NCBI GenBank assembly: GCA_964230215.1
Contig: CAXRGQ010000007.1
Coordinates: 789,531 to 853,530 of the forward strand
Direction: 5' to 3'
Length of the DNA: 64,000 nucleotides
From: Flavobacteriales bacterium
Lineage (GTDB): Bacteria > Bacteroidota > Bacteroidia > Flavobacteriales_D > JAUILH01
Part shown: piece by piece, positions 1-9,298 of the stretch
Position numbering within the stretch: position 1 is the first letter of the stretch
Layout of the letters: every line of letters begins with the position of its first letter
Translations under genes and position numbers: made by a program
The notes under the pieces: model-generated
Database searches by the model: none
What the model was told of the DNA's origin: nothing
The model's input: the letters and a program-made list of their open reading frames with translations, nothing else

Positions 1-41
1 AAACTTGGTGTAGATTAGAGATGACTTAGTTAAAAGTAGTT

Positions 42-722
42 ATGTCGTTTCTAGAAGATTTTTTGGCGCTTTTTTACCCTAAGGTTTGTTGTGGATGCAG
101 TAAATCACTGCTTAAAGGAGAAAATGGAATTTGCCTTGAGTGCAAAATGATGTTGCCAACAGTTCCAATCCAAAGTCTGCAGAATAATCAAATTTCTAAA
201 GTGTTATGGGGCAGAGTAAAGATTAGAGATAGCTTTAGCTTGGTTGAGTTTAATAAAGGCCATAGAATTCAGAAAATCCTACACGCCATTAAATATGAAA
301 ACAACCCAATTGCTGCGAATGAACTTGGGAGAATGATGGGCGAGTCGATTGAACAACTAGGAGGACATTATGATAGTATCGTTCCAGTGCCGCTTCATCC
401 AAAACGGCAAAAAATAAGAGGCTACAACCAAGCAGAGGAAATAGCAAATGGCCTGGCTGAAGTGCTACACATACATGTCGAAACTAGAGCTTGCGAAAGA
501 GTCGCTTACAACAAAACGCAAACCAATAAAGGTAGATTAGATCGATGGGAGAATGTGGAGGAAATATTTGAATTAAAACAGCCAGACTTACTATTAGAGC
601 ATGATGTTCTGGTGGTAGATGACGTCTTAACTACGGGTGCGACCCTGGAGGCTTTTACAGCACAACTGCTTTCTGGCCCATGTAAATCAGTAAGTATTGC
701 AACGGCTGCTTGCGTGCTTTAA
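42..722 (+). CDS. comF: ComF-family phosphoribosyltransferase-like protein
   Basis: 226-aa ORF. N-terminal 4-Cys cluster (CCGC...CLEC) and C-terminal PRTase signature VLVVDDVLTTGATL, typical of the ComF/GntX family. Confidence 0.8.
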   Translation: MSFLEDFLALFYPKVCCGCSKSLLKGENGICLECKMMLPTVPIQSLQNNQISKVLWGRVKIRDSFSLVEFNKGHRIQKILHAIKYENNPIAANELGRMMGESIEQLGGHYDSIVPVPLHPKRQKIRGYNQAEEIANGLAEVLHIHVETRACERVAYNKTQTNKGRLDRWENVEEIFELKQPDLLLEHDVLVVDDVLTTGATLEAFTAQLLSGPCKSVSIATAACVL

Positions 723-736
723 TTTATATTTGCGCC

Positions 737-1222
737 ATGGCAGAAAGCTTATATATCGAAAAGGGATTGGATAAAGAGGAGTTGTATACGCAGCTATACC
801 CACAGTTAAAGGCACTTATAGAGGGGGAGGCAAACCTTATTGCAAACATGGCTAACTTTTGTGCCGTGCTCAATGAGGCTTTTGGCTTTTTATGGACTGG
901 GTTTTATTTAGTGGATGGGAATGAGTTGGTTCTCGGGCCATTTCAAGGACCTATTGCTTGTACAAGAATTCAGCACGGTAAGGGTGTGTGCGGAACAGCG
1001 TGGAAAAACAACGAGACGATAGTTGTCCCAAATGTGGATGAATTTCCGGGGCATATTGCGTGTTCAAGTTTGTCAAAGTCTGAAATAGTTGTGCCGGGAA
1101 GACATAAAAATGGGGAAGTTGCGTTTATTCTTGATATCGATAGTGCCGAGCTAAATTCATTTGACGCAATTGATGAAAAGCATTTAGGTAAATACATTAA
1201 TCTGATTGAAGCTTGTCTATAA
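737..1222 (+). CDS. Single-GAF-domain protein, free methionine-(R)-sulfoxide reductase-like (MsrC/YebR family)
   Basis: ORF-track ORF 710..1222. ATG at 737 (MAESLY...) is preferred because it avoids overlapping the comF end. Motifs GKGVCGTAW and GHIACSSLSKSEIVVP resemble fRMsr-type GAF proteins. Confidence 0.65.
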   Translation: MAESLYIEKGLDKEELYTQLYPQLKALIEGEANLIANMANFCAVLNEAFGFLWTGFYLVDGNELVLGPFQGPIACTRIQHGKGVCGTAWKNNETIVVPNVDEFPGHIACSSLSKSEIVVPGRHKNGEVAFILDIDSAELNSFDAIDEKHLGKYINLIEACL

Positions 1223-2772
1223 TTAGAACCATACACTATTTATTTGTTCTTGTACTTATAGCATCTTGCGCCACAATTTCGGCTCCTACTGGGGGAGATA
1301 AGGATACTGCAGCTCCTAAACCAGTGAGGTTTTATCCAGAAAATCAAGCACTAAACTTTTCGTCACAAAGCATTCTTATCGAGTTTGACGAGTTCATTTC
1401 ACTCAACTCACCCAAACAAAATATAATAGTCTCTCCACCGCTTAAATATCCTTTGGAAGTGATTGCCAAGGGAAAAACGGCAACGATTAGTTTTAAAGAC
1501 ACGCTTAGAAAAAATACAACCTATAACTTCTACTTTGCTGGGGCAATAAAGGACTTTACAGAAGGGAACGACACTACCTTTTCATACGTGTTAAGTACGG
1601 GTGAAATGATTGATTCTTTGAGCTTATCGGTGCTTGTGAAAGACGCATTTACATCTAAACCACAAGCAGATGTTTGGGTCTTGGCTTATGATTCGCCCGA
1701 ATCTGGCAACATTGATTCGTTGCGCCCACTATACCTAGCAAAAACAGATAAAGGAGGACGAGCCAAATTGAATTATTTGGCAAATAAACCATTATGGCTT
1801 TATGCACTCAATGATTTGAATGGAGACCTTAATCTGAATGTGGGTCAAGACAAACTAGGTTTTGTTGGTGAGCAGGTTATTCCGGGTGATTCGATTGTCC
1901 CATCCATCAGAATGTATGCAACGCTTGATACAAGCTTAAAAATTATTAGCAAGACCTATGATCATCCTGGACTTATAACTCTTGTGTTTAATAAGGAATG
2001 TGATTTAAGTAATAAGATACTGAGTGATGGTGTCGCAGACATAAGAGTGAGTAATGACTCTATGCAAGTGTTTTTATCAGATGATTATATTAAGAAAGGG
2101 AATTATACACTAAGTATCGACAATACTCGAGACACCTTAGTGTACACCTTTTATATTCCAAATGATTTAACAAGTTTTAGCTCTAATCTTGAAGGACCCG
2201 CAAGAAACTCATTCTCACACACAAATGGCTTGAGGTTTAAATGCGATAGACCAATAAAGCAATATCTGGAGGATAAGATAAGTGTGAAGTATGATAGTGT
2301 TGAACTGCCCATTCGCATTGAAATAGACTCTACGGATAAGCGATTCATTTGGATTAGAGGCGATTTTGCTCCATCAAAAGCATATACAGTTAAGATTCAA
2401 GAAGGAGCAATTCAAGGCAGTAATGCTTGGCAAAATGATAGTCTATTCAAGGCTTTTAACACATATCCAGAGAACTATTTTGGTAAGATAACCTACAGCG
2501 GCGAAAGGAAGGGACTATTGCAATTAACCAAGGAGGAAATAGTCGTTTGGGAGGGTGGTGTTGATGTGTCTTCTGTTATACTCCTTGACAAGCTAACACC
2601 GGGCAAGTATCAGTTTAGGATGATAGAGGATACTGACGGAAACGGAAAGTGGAGCCCTGGAAATCACCATATGGGCGTACAACCAGAAAAGGTCTATTAC
2701 TACCCGAATGAAATTGACTTAAGAACGGGTTGGGACATTGAAATTGAGTGGCGTGAGCTAGAATTAGAGTAA
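1213..2772 (+). CDS. Putative lipoprotein, Ig-like domain protein (function unknown)
   Basis: 519-aa ORF with a TTG start overlapping the upstream stop. Lipobox LIASC followed by APTGGDKDTAAPKP. No catalytic motif recognised. Confidence 0.4.
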   Translation: MSIIRTIHYLFVLVLIASCATISAPTGGDKDTAAPKPVRFYPENQALNFSSQSILIEFDEFISLNSPKQNIIVSPPLKYPLEVIAKGKTATISFKDTLRKNTTYNFYFAGAIKDFTEGNDTTFSYVLSTGEMIDSLSLSVLVKDAFTSKPQADVWVLAYDSPESGNIDSLRPLYLAKTDKGGRAKLNYLANKPLWLYALNDLNGDLNLNVGQDKLGFVGEQVIPGDSIVPSIRMYATLDTSLKIISKTYDHPGLITLVFNKECDLSNKILSDGVADIRVSNDSMQVFLSDDYIKKGNYTLSIDNTRDTLVYTFYIPNDLTSFSSNLEGPARNSFSHTNGLRFKCDRPIKQYLEDKISVKYDSVELPIRIEIDSTDKRFIWIRGDFAPSKAYTVKIQEGAIQGSNAWQNDSLFKAFNTYPENYFGKITYSGERKGLLQLTKEEIVVWEGGVDVSSVILLDKLTPGKYQFRMIEDTDGNGKWSPGNHHMGVQPEKVYYYPNEIDLRTGWDIEIEWRELELE

Positions 2773-4146
2773 ATGCAATTGTTTAATCATAGATTCTTTT
2801 GGCATTGCCTTCTGATAATTGGAGTCGTGTTTTGCGTATCTGGCAATCATCTTTTTGATCAAACCATGTTTATGGATGGCCTTACGTATACGGACGTAAG
2901 TATTAACATGATGTCTGGCGAAGGAAGTATTTGGAGCCCCAAATATACAGAGGTCTGGAACCCCTTCTATGAACATCCTCCTTTGGCATATGCAACGCAG
3001 GCCACTGTTTTATCAATTACTGGCGCGCCGTTATGGGGAGACGCTTTATATGGAATAGTTTGTTTTATACTGGTGTTTATAGCTATAGTTAAGTCATTTA
3101 GATTCATAGCTAAATCTAACGGAAAGTCGGATGTTCTTCCCTTACTATTGTTCTTAAGCTGCCCAATTGTTTGGTGGAGTATAGGCAACAATATTTTAGA
3201 GAACACTTTGATGGTATTTACAACGTGGGCTAGCTATTATCTAATATCAAATATTCATCAGAAGACAGTATGGAGACCACTATTGGCAGGAATGCTTGTA
3301 GCGGCAGCATTTTTATCAAAAGGGTTTACAGGCTTATTTCCAATTTCATTGCCTTTTCTTTTAATGTTCTTAAGTAGACCATATGATTTTCGCTACTTCC
3401 TTCGTGAGACATTTACGGTAATAGTGGGGCTTGGCGTTATAATGGGCGCCATACTGATAGATAATAACGCACTAGCTTTTTTCGAAAACTACATGAATCA
3501 GCAGGTTATACGTAGCCTGAGCGGCATTCAAACGGTAAACTCACGATTCGACATCTTATTAAAATTCCTACTTGAGATATTACCTATGCTTGTTGTCTTC
3601 CTAAGCATATCCATCTATAAAAACATAAAAAACAAAACGATTTCAAACAGCTCATGGTTTTGGGTTTTAACCATATATAGTTTATGTCCTGTGCTACCAA
3701 TTTGCGTGAGCCTTAAGCAAGGAGCGTTCTATATTTTAGCCGCGTATCCTATAGTTGCTTTGGCGATGGCGCTATGGCTGTATCAGAATATAGAACTTAA
3801 GCTTCATGCTAAATGGCATAGGCCAATTATAGCTTTGGTTTTTCTGGGGGGTTTAGGCAATGTTGCCTTCCATTTCAACAAATTAGGGGCGCATGCTGAT
3901 ATGATAAATGAAGTTGATGACATGGCAAAAACGATTGAGGGTACGGTAGCTTGTGATCATGAAACATATGTTGATTGGTCTTTTCAAACCTATTTATACC
4001 GCAGACACGGAATATCATTGGACAATAAAAATCCGTATGACCATGATTTCCTTATACTAGTTGCAGCCAGCAAAAACAGCGTGATACCTAATTACAGCTT
4101 ATACAAGGATTATGGGAAACATGTGATATTTAAACGGCATGATTAA
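2773..4146 (+). CDS. Polytopic membrane glycosyltransferase (ArnT/PMT-like, GT39/GT83-type)
   Basis: 457 aa with many hydrophobic helices. Early loop YEHPPLAY resembles ArnT-like transferases. Assigned by pattern only. Confidence 0.45.
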   Translation: MQLFNHRFFWHCLLIIGVVFCVSGNHLFDQTMFMDGLTYTDVSINMMSGEGSIWSPKYTEVWNPFYEHPPLAYATQATVLSITGAPLWGDALYGIVCFILVFIAIVKSFRFIAKSNGKSDVLPLLLFLSCPIVWWSIGNNILENTLMVFTTWASYYLISNIHQKTVWRPLLAGMLVAAAFLSKGFTGLFPISLPFLLMFLSRPYDFRYFLRETFTVIVGLGVIMGAILIDNNALAFFENYMNQQVIRSLSGIQTVNSRFDILLKFLLEILPMLVVFLSISIYKNIKNKTISNSSWFWVLTIYSLCPVLPICVSLKQGAFYILAAYPIVALAMALWLYQNIELKLHAKWHRPIIALVFLGGLGNVAFHFNKLGAHADMINEVDDMAKTIEGTVACDHETYVDWSFQTYLYRRHGISLDNKNPYDHDFLILVAASKNSVIPNYSLYKDYGKHVIFKRHD

Positions 4147-4919
4147 TCTTCAATCGAAAATTTATCTGCGTCTTTGTGAACAGGAAACTTCTCTCTAAAA
4201 TCCTTAAGAATAGAATATGATAGGCTAGATGTAATGACCGCTTCATTGTGATTTTCATCCCTCATAATATATTCGCCATACGGATCAATTATTGCACTGT
4301 CCCCAACAAACGTGAAGTCGTTCTTATCATTTCCAACCCTATTACATGCTATCACATAAGCTTGGTTTTCAATAGCTCGCGCAAGGAGCAAGGATTTCCA
4401 AGCGTTTCTCCTGGGTTCGGGCCAGTTGGCAACATATATTATAATATCCGCTTTTCCGTTTAGCTTTGACCATACTGGGAAACGCAAATCATAACATACA
4501 TAGGGACTAATTTTCCATCCTTTATAGTCTATAATGAGCTGTTTGTTGCCAGGCGTATAGGAGATATGCTCTCCAGCCATAGAAAAGAGGTGCCTTTTAT
4601 CGTATGATTCGTATGTTCCATCTGGATGAACAAACAAAAATCGATTATAATAGCGTCCAGTATCCTTAATTGCAAGCGAACCACAGACTGCCGCATTGTA
4701 TTTTTTAGCTTGATTTTGCATCCAGTTTAAACTAAATGAATTTTCCATGTCTTCTGCAATGGGCGATGGTTTCATAGTGAATCCAGTACTAAACATCTCG
4801 GGCAAGACATATAAGTCGGTATTGTCATGATTAAAAAAGGCCTCATATCGTTTGCAATTTCCCTCGATATTTTCCCAGTCAATATCTACTTGAAGTGTTT
4901 TAACGTTTAAATCTTGCAT
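4143..4919 (-). CDS. Carbon-nitrogen hydrolase, omega-amidase (YafV-like)
   Basis: 258 aa. Nitrilase-superfamily Glu/Lys/Cys contexts LPEMF, YDKRHLF and CYDLRFP. Confidence 0.8.
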   Translation of the reverse strand: MQDLNVKTLQVDIDWENIEGNCKRYEAFFNHDNTDLYVLPEMFSTGFTMKPSPIAEDMENSFSLNWMQNQAKKYNAAVCGSLAIKDTGRYYNRFLFVHPDGTYESYDKRHLFSMAGEHISYTPGNKQLIIDYKGWKISPYVCYDLRFPVWSKLNGKADIIIYVANWPEPRRNAWKSLLLARAIENQAYVIACNRVGNDKNDFTFVGDSAIIDPYGEYIMRDENHNEAVITSSLSYSILKDFREKFPVHKDADKFSIED

Positions 4920-6043
4920 AATATATCAGCTGCTTTAATAAGTGTATCATTATTTTTAGCAAAACACAATCTAAGGATCTTGTGGTCTTCTGCTGTACTG
5001 TAAAAGACAGAACACGGAATACTGGCGACCCCATACTCTATGGTCATTCTTTTGGCGAAATCAACATCATTTTCTTGACTGATTGCGCTATAATTCACTA
5101 GTTGAAAGTAGGTGCCATTTGATGGTAATAATTCAAATCTACTCCCACTCAAGGCAGTTTGTAAAAGATCTCTTTTCTTTTGAAAGAATGCAGGAAGTTC
5201 TTGATATGATTGATTCGGCACATATTCTGCAAGCGCCATTTGAATTGGAGTATTGCAACTAAACACAATGTACTGATGAAACTTTCTGAACTCCTTAGTT
5301 AATGAATGCGGAGCAACGCAGTAGCCCATTTTCCATCCTGTGGTATGATAGGTTTTCCCGAATGAGTAGCAGATAAAACTTCTTTCAAACAAGGCAGGAT
5401 AGTCTAGGACAGAGATGTGATGCTTACCACCAAACACAATGTGTTCATACACTTCATCCGAAATAAGATAAAGATTATGTTTGAGCACAAGTTCTTCAAT
5501 AGCCTGTAATTCCTCGTTTGAGATAATCGCTCCTGAGGGATTATGGGGAGAATTGATAATAATTGCTTTTGTCTTATTTGTGATTTTGGCGGCTAGATCC
5601 TCCAAAGGAATACTAAAATCAGGATAATTAAGTGAAATGTGTATTGTTTTACCGCCATATGCAGCAATCGCAGGCTCATAACAATCGTAGGCCGGGTCAA
5701 AAACAATCACCTCATCTCCTTTCTCAACAAGGCAACTAATGGCTGAAAATATTGCCTGGGTAGCTCCGGCGGTGATAGTAATGTTGTCCGCATTGATGGA
5801 GGTTGTATGCCTAGCAGTGTATTTTATTGCCAAGGCCTCTCTTAAGCTCAGATTACCAGGCATAGGAGCATATTGATTAAATCCCTTTTGCATGAAGGAA
5901 TTTACTGATTCAATTAATCCTTCATCACAATTGAACTCGGGAAAACCCTGAGACAGATTTATGGCATTGTGTTTATTTGCAAGTGCAGACATCACTGAAA
6001 AGATAGTATCGCCTACTTGCGGTAGTTTACTTTTAAAACTCAT
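4907..6043 (-). CDS. Class I PLP-dependent aminotransferase (YbdL-like methionine/glutamine transaminase)
   Basis: 378 aa. Motifs NSPHNPSG and the PLP-lysine context SFGKTYHTTGWKMGY. Overlaps the amidase start by 13 nt. Confidence 0.8.
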   Translation of the reverse strand: MSFKSKLPQVGDTIFSVMSALANKHNAINLSQGFPEFNCDEGLIESVNSFMQKGFNQYAPMPGNLSLREALAIKYTARHTTSINADNITITAGATQAIFSAISCLVEKGDEVIVFDPAYDCYEPAIAAYGGKTIHISLNYPDFSIPLEDLAAKITNKTKAIIINSPHNPSGAIISNEELQAIEELVLKHNLYLISDEVYEHIVFGGKHHISVLDYPALFERSFICYSFGKTYHTTGWKMGYCVAPHSLTKEFRKFHQYIVFSCNTPIQMALAEYVPNQSYQELPAFFQKKRDLLQTALSGSRFELLPSNGTYFQLVNYSAISQENDVDFAKRMTIEYGVASIPCSVFYSTAEDHKILRLCFAKNNDTLIKAADILCKI

Positions 6044-6187
6044 GCATTAAATATGTACAAAATCTGTCAAATTTTGGGTTAAAATGACTGGTTTTTAAAG
6101 AATAAATGACTTGAAATATGAAAAACATTTGATATCTAACAGAAAAGCTCATTTCTTTGTTGGACTTAAAACTTAAATTATTTAGCA

Positions 6188-6421
6188 ATGAAAAAAGTAT
6201 TATTATCATTAGTAGTTGTTGCTGCAGTAGGAATGACTTCTTGCGGTGGAGGTGACGTATGTTCATGTTTGAAAGATGCAGAAAAGATGGCTGAAGAAGC
6301 TGGAGATGATGCTGACAAGCAAAAAGAAGCACAGGAAAAATCTCTAGAATGTTTAGATATGGTAAAAGACATGTCTGAAGAAGAGATTGAAGCTGAAATG
6401 AAAGATTGCGATCTTGAGTAA
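6188..6421 (+). CDS. Small acidic CxC lipoprotein, paralog 1
   Basis: 77 aa. Signal peptide with lipobox GMTSC, then CSC, then two further Cys (ECLD, DCDL). Glu/Asp/Lys-rich. Has its own terminator downstream. Confidence 0.8.
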   Translation: MKKVLLSLVVVAAVGMTSCGGGDVCSCLKDAEKMAEEAGDDADKQKEAQEKSLECLDMVKDMSEEEIEAEMKDCDLE

Positions 6422-6461
6422 AAAAATCGAATCTAGTGATTCGGTTCACTAGACATAATTT

Positions 6462-6488
6462 AACCCACCTTTAGGTGGGTTTTTTTGT
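6462..6488 (+). terminator. Rho-independent terminator after paralog 1
   Basis: aacccacc-ttta-ggtgggtt hairpin followed by a T-run. Confidence 0.8.
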
Positions 6489-6583
6489 TTTTGAAGGGTG
6501 TATTTGTGCTTATTGATCTGATAAGGAGAAGTATTAAAATCAAAAAAATGCCTGAAAACTTGACTTGTATTGAAAAAGCATGT

Positions 6584-6590
6584 TAATTTG
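6584..6590 (+). promoter_or_regulatory. Bacteroidota-type -7-like element (TAATTTG) upstream of paralog 2
   Basis: Resembles the TAnnTTTG consensus (one position short). TTG motifs lie about 22 nt upstream. It sits about 42 nt before the ATG. Confidence 0.4.
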
Positions 6591-6631
6591 CGCCCTATTA
6601 AAAAAAACTTAAAAACTTAAATTATTTAGTT

Positions 6632-6859
6632 ATGAAAAAGGTATTATTAGCAGTAGCTGTTGTAGCTGCATTTGGAATGACATCTTGTGGTGGTCCTGAC
6701 GTATGTGACTGTATGAACTTAGAGTACGACGAAGAAGGAAAAGCAAAAGATGCTGATCTTGAGAAGAAATGTGAAGAAATGGGTAAAGACAAGTCTGAAG
6801 AGGAGTTGGAAGAGATGATGGAAGAGGCTAAAAAGTGTGATAAGAAAGACGAAGAATAG
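6632..6859 (+). CDS. Small acidic CxC lipoprotein, paralog 2
   Basis: 75 aa. Lipobox GMTSC, then CDC, KKCEEM and KKCDKK. The leader and signal-peptide DNA are very similar to paralogs 1 and 3. Confidence 0.85.
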   Translation: MKKVLLAVAVVAAFGMTSCGGPDVCDCMNLEYDEEGKAKDADLEKKCEEMGKDKSEEELEEMMEEAKKCDKKDEE

Positions 6860-6883
6860 ACCCATATTCTTTAAAAAAACAAA

Positions 6884-6912
6884 AGCCCAACCATTCGGTT
6901 GGGCTTTTTTTG
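6884..6912 (+). terminator. Rho-independent terminator after paralog 2
   Basis: agcccaacc-attc-ggttgggct hairpin followed by a T-run. Confidence 0.85.
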
Positions 6913-7035
6913 TGTGCTAATGTATTCTCGGTTAGGACGGTATAGAAATTTCTAATAATCAAGCAAAGACATGGGCTTAAATGAGGTTTTTTGTATGTAT
7001 TAGTTTGTTTTTTTGGACTTTAACAAATTTAGTCC

Positions 7036-7043
7036 TACATTTG
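7036..7043 (+). promoter_or_regulatory. -7 promoter element TACATTTG (TAnnTTTG) upstream of paralog 3
   Basis: Exact match to the Bacteroidota sigma-A -7 consensus pattern, 31 nt upstream of the ATG at 7075. Confidence 0.55.
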
Positions 7044-7074
7044 CGCAGATTTTAAACGTTTAAATTATTTAGTT

Positions 7075-7308
7075 ATGAAAAAAGTATTTTTATCAATGGC
7101 AGTAATAGCTGCTTTCGGTATGGTTTCTTGTGGTGGTCCAAGCGTATGTGACTGCGTTAACGAAGAAGAGGAATCAGAAGAGTGTAAAGAAATGAAGAAA
7201 GACTGGGAAAAGGAGTACAAAGATGCTTCTGACGAGGAGAAAGAAGAAATGATGAAAGAGGTAAAAGATTGCCAGAAAGAAGGAGAAGATAAAGAAGGAG
7301 AAGAATAA
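7075..7308 (+). CDS. Small acidic CxC lipoprotein, paralog 3
   Basis: 77 aa. Lipobox GMVSC, then CDC, EECKEM and KDCQKE. Confidence 0.85.
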   Translation: MKKVFLSMAVIAAFGMVSCGGPSVCDCVNEEEESEECKEMKKDWEKEYKDASDEEKEEMMKEVKDCQKEGEDKEGEE

Positions 7309-7330
7309 GTCACTCTTATTTGAAATTGAA

Positions 7331-7361
7331 AACCCCAAGCACTTGTGCTTGGGGTTTTTTT
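7331..7361 (+). terminator. Rho-independent terminator after paralog 3
   Basis: aaccccaagcac / gtgcttggggtt hairpin followed by T7. Confidence 0.85.
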
Positions 7362-7414
7362 ATGCGTATGTTTTTGGTGTTTTGGAGAAAATAGATTCTT
7401 GAATGCAATTTTTA

Positions 7415-7422
7415 TATCTTGC
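7415..7422 (+). promoter_or_regulatory. TATCTTGC box (probable -7-type promoter element) upstream of paralog 4
   Basis: The exact 8-mer TATCTTGC recurs 18-28 nt upstream of paralogs 4, 5, 10 and 11. Confidence 0.45.
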
Positions 7423-7443
7423 GGGGTAACTAAAATTTATATA

Positions 7444-7698
7444 ATGAAAAAACTAATAGTATCTATGGCAGTTCTAGCTGCTTTTGTTGCTACATCTTGT
7501 GGTGATGATAAAGAATCTGACGAGAAATCAAGTGGACCAAATGTATGTGACTGCGTAAATATGGAGTACGACGAAGATGGCAATCCAAAAGATATGGACC
7601 TAATGGAGAAGTGTGAAGAAATGGCGGAAGAAGTAAAAGGAGATGATGAGAAGATGAAAGAGCTGATGGAAGAGGCTAAAAAGTGTGAGAAAGAATAA
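7444..7698 (+). CDS. Small acidic CxC lipoprotein, paralog 4
   Basis: The ORF-track ORF starts at 7345. The internal ATG at 7444 gives MKKLIVSMAVLAAFVATSC, a proper lipoprotein signal. Followed by CDC, EKCEEM and KKCEKE. The mature part is closest to paralog 2. Confidence 0.8.
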   Translation: MKKLIVSMAVLAAFVATSCGDDKESDEKSSGPNVCDCVNMEYDEDGNPKDMDLMEKCEEMAEEVKGDDEKMKELMEEAKKCEKE

Positions 7699-7720
7699 GC
7701 ACTCAATATAACAAACAAAA

Positions 7721-7752
7721 AAGCCCGTTTGACTATGTCAAACGGGCTTTTT
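7721..7752. terminator. Bidirectional rho-independent terminator (paralog 4 and csp)
   Basis: gcccgtttgac-tat-gtcaaacgggc hairpin flanked by an A-run on the left and a T-run on the right. It lies between convergent genes. Confidence 0.85.
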
Positions 7753-7771
7753 GTAAATATCTCGTAAAAGA

Positions 7772-7963
7772 CTAAACCAATTTCACGTTTACCGCGTTCA
7801 GTCCTTTTGCCCCTTGTTCAAGGTCAAAAGTTACTTTGTCGCCTTCTTTAATATCAACTGTTAGTGCACTTTGGTGTACAAAGGCATCTTTACCACCATC
7901 ATCTGGAGTTATAAATCCAAATCCTTTAGTAGTGTTGAAAAATTTTACTGTACCGTTACTCAT
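7772..7963 (-). CDS. csp: Cold-shock protein (CspA family)
   Basis: 63 aa. RNP1 KGFGFI and RNP2 DAFVH motifs. Confidence 0.95.
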   Translation of the reverse strand: MSNGTVKFFNTTKGFGFITPDDGGKDAFVHQSALTVDIKEGDKVTFDLEQGAKGLNAVNVKLV

Positions 7964-8220
7964 TATATATTGTATTAATTAAGTCGCGAAGGTAGACCTT
8001 TAAATCGTCCCGAACTATTTTTTTATTGATATTCAGCTATTTACATTAAGAGTGAAATCAAAGATACGAGTGATAACAGGGGATGCAGGGCATAAAATAG
8101 TTTAAAATAAATAGGCTTACCTTGGCTAATCGTGCTGTGATTTGATGAATTTCAGTTGTTTTTCCTACTTCATCGGCTTAAAATGAACGCGCAAGAGGAC
8201 AGCCATACCTCTAAGTTTCA

Positions 8221-8228
8221 TATCTTGC
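8221..8228 (+). promoter_or_regulatory. TATCTTGC box upstream of paralog 5
   Basis: Exact 8-mer, 21 nt before the ATG at 8250. Confidence 0.45.
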
Positions 8229-8249
8229 ACTAAACAAAAACTACTTATA

Positions 8250-8570
8250 ATGAAGAAACTACTATTATCACTTACACTTGGAGCTGGCTTAGTATTGGCT
8301 TCATGCGGTGGAGACACTGATGCAGCAGATATTAAAGCAGAAGACTTAGAAACAGCTTGTGACTGCGTAGACGCAATGAATACAATAGTAGATCGCATGA
8401 TTGAACTACTGGATGAGGATGAAAGCGAAGAAGTTGACGCTGAATATGAAAAGCTGGAGGAGAAAATGAATGAAGTTACTAAGCACTGCACTAAAGAATT
8501 TAAGAAAGAAGATGCCGAAGGATGTGATGGATATGACGATATTTCTGAGAAAATGAGACAAATAAGATAA
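8250..8570 (+). CDS. Small acidic CxC lipoprotein, paralog 5 (longer variant)
   Basis: 106 aa. Lipobox LASC, then ACDC, KHCTKE and EGCDGY. Confidence 0.75.
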   Translation: MKKLLLSLTLGAGLVLASCGGDTDAADIKAEDLETACDCVDAMNTIVDRMIELLDEDESEEVDAEYEKLEEKMNEVTKHCTKEFKKEDAEGCDGYDDISEKMRQIR

Positions 8571-8590
8571 TTCACTAATAGAAAGGATCT

Positions 8591-8630
8591 AGCCCAGCAA
8601 CCATAAATTTATTGGTGCTGGGCTTTTTTA
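8591..8630 (+). terminator. Rho-independent terminator after paralog 5
   Basis: agcccagca...tgctgggct hairpin followed by T6. Confidence 0.75.
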
Positions 8631-8657
8631 ATTCCAATTTTTAAGGAACTTTAGCAT

Positions 8658-8891
8658 ATGAAAAGACTAGTTTATGTATTTGTCATACTATTCACAACTT
8701 GCTTGATCGCATGCGAAGACGAGGATTCAGACAATAAAGAACCCAGCGTTTGTGAGTGTGTTGAAAATGCAAATGAGGACGAAAAGTTAGCCGAAGAATG
8801 CGAAAAAATGTATGAGAATGCGTCTAATGAGCGACAGGAGGAAATAAAAAAAGAAGCCGAAGAGTGCATAAAAGAAATGTCTATTGAATAA
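8658..8891 (+). CDS. Small acidic CxC lipoprotein, paralog 6
   Basis: 77 aa. Lipobox LIAC, then CEC, EECEKM and EECIKE. The stop overlaps the next ATG (TAATG). Confidence 0.75.
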   Translation: MKRLVYVFVILFTTCLIACEDEDSDNKEPSVCECVENANEDEKLAEECEKMYENASNERQEEIKKEAEECIKEMSIE

Positions 8892-9256
8892 TGCTTAATC
8901 AGATGAAAAGATGGATATGGGTGGTCATTGCTACCATCAGCTTGGCAAGTTGTGGGAATGATAACGAGTCAAACGCAAAAAGCTTAGCTGATTGTACATG
9001 CGAGTGTGTTCAGGATAACGGCCTTAAATCTCTAATGGGTAATTCTTCACCAATTTCAGGAGTTGGGGCCATTCAAGATTGTCTACAAAAAAGCGCAAAG
9101 GACGAACTGGAGTATTATTTGGGTCTTCAAGAAAGTGAAAAAAAGGAATTTATTAAGACCTTTCTAAAAGCATTGGTTGATTCACAATGTACAGATTTAG
9201 CACTCCTAATGTCTATGCCATATATCGATAAATTAGTAGGAGAGGCATCTGAATAA
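8891..9256 (+). CDS. CxC lipoprotein, paralog 7 (divergent, longer)
   Basis: 121 aa. Lipobox LASC, then CTCEC, QDCLQK and SQCTDL. An alternative ATG at 8903 gives MKRWIWVV.... Confidence 0.65.
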   Translation: MLNQMKRWIWVVIATISLASCGNDNESNAKSLADCTCECVQDNGLKSLMGNSSPISGVGAIQDCLQKSAKDELEYYLGLQESEKKEFIKTFLKALVDSQCTDLALLMSMPYIDKLVGEASE

Positions 9257-9298
9257 ACCAGAATGATTTCGTATGTTTAGTGTGAAAAACAAGAAATC

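Noticed and set aside
6150-7760. Possible CRISPR-like or non-coding periodic array (regularly spaced similar segments plus hairpins)
   Set aside because: The period is ~440 bp and each unit is a complete gene with leader and terminator. The hairpins are terminators followed by T-runs, not CRISPR repeats. No cas genes are present.
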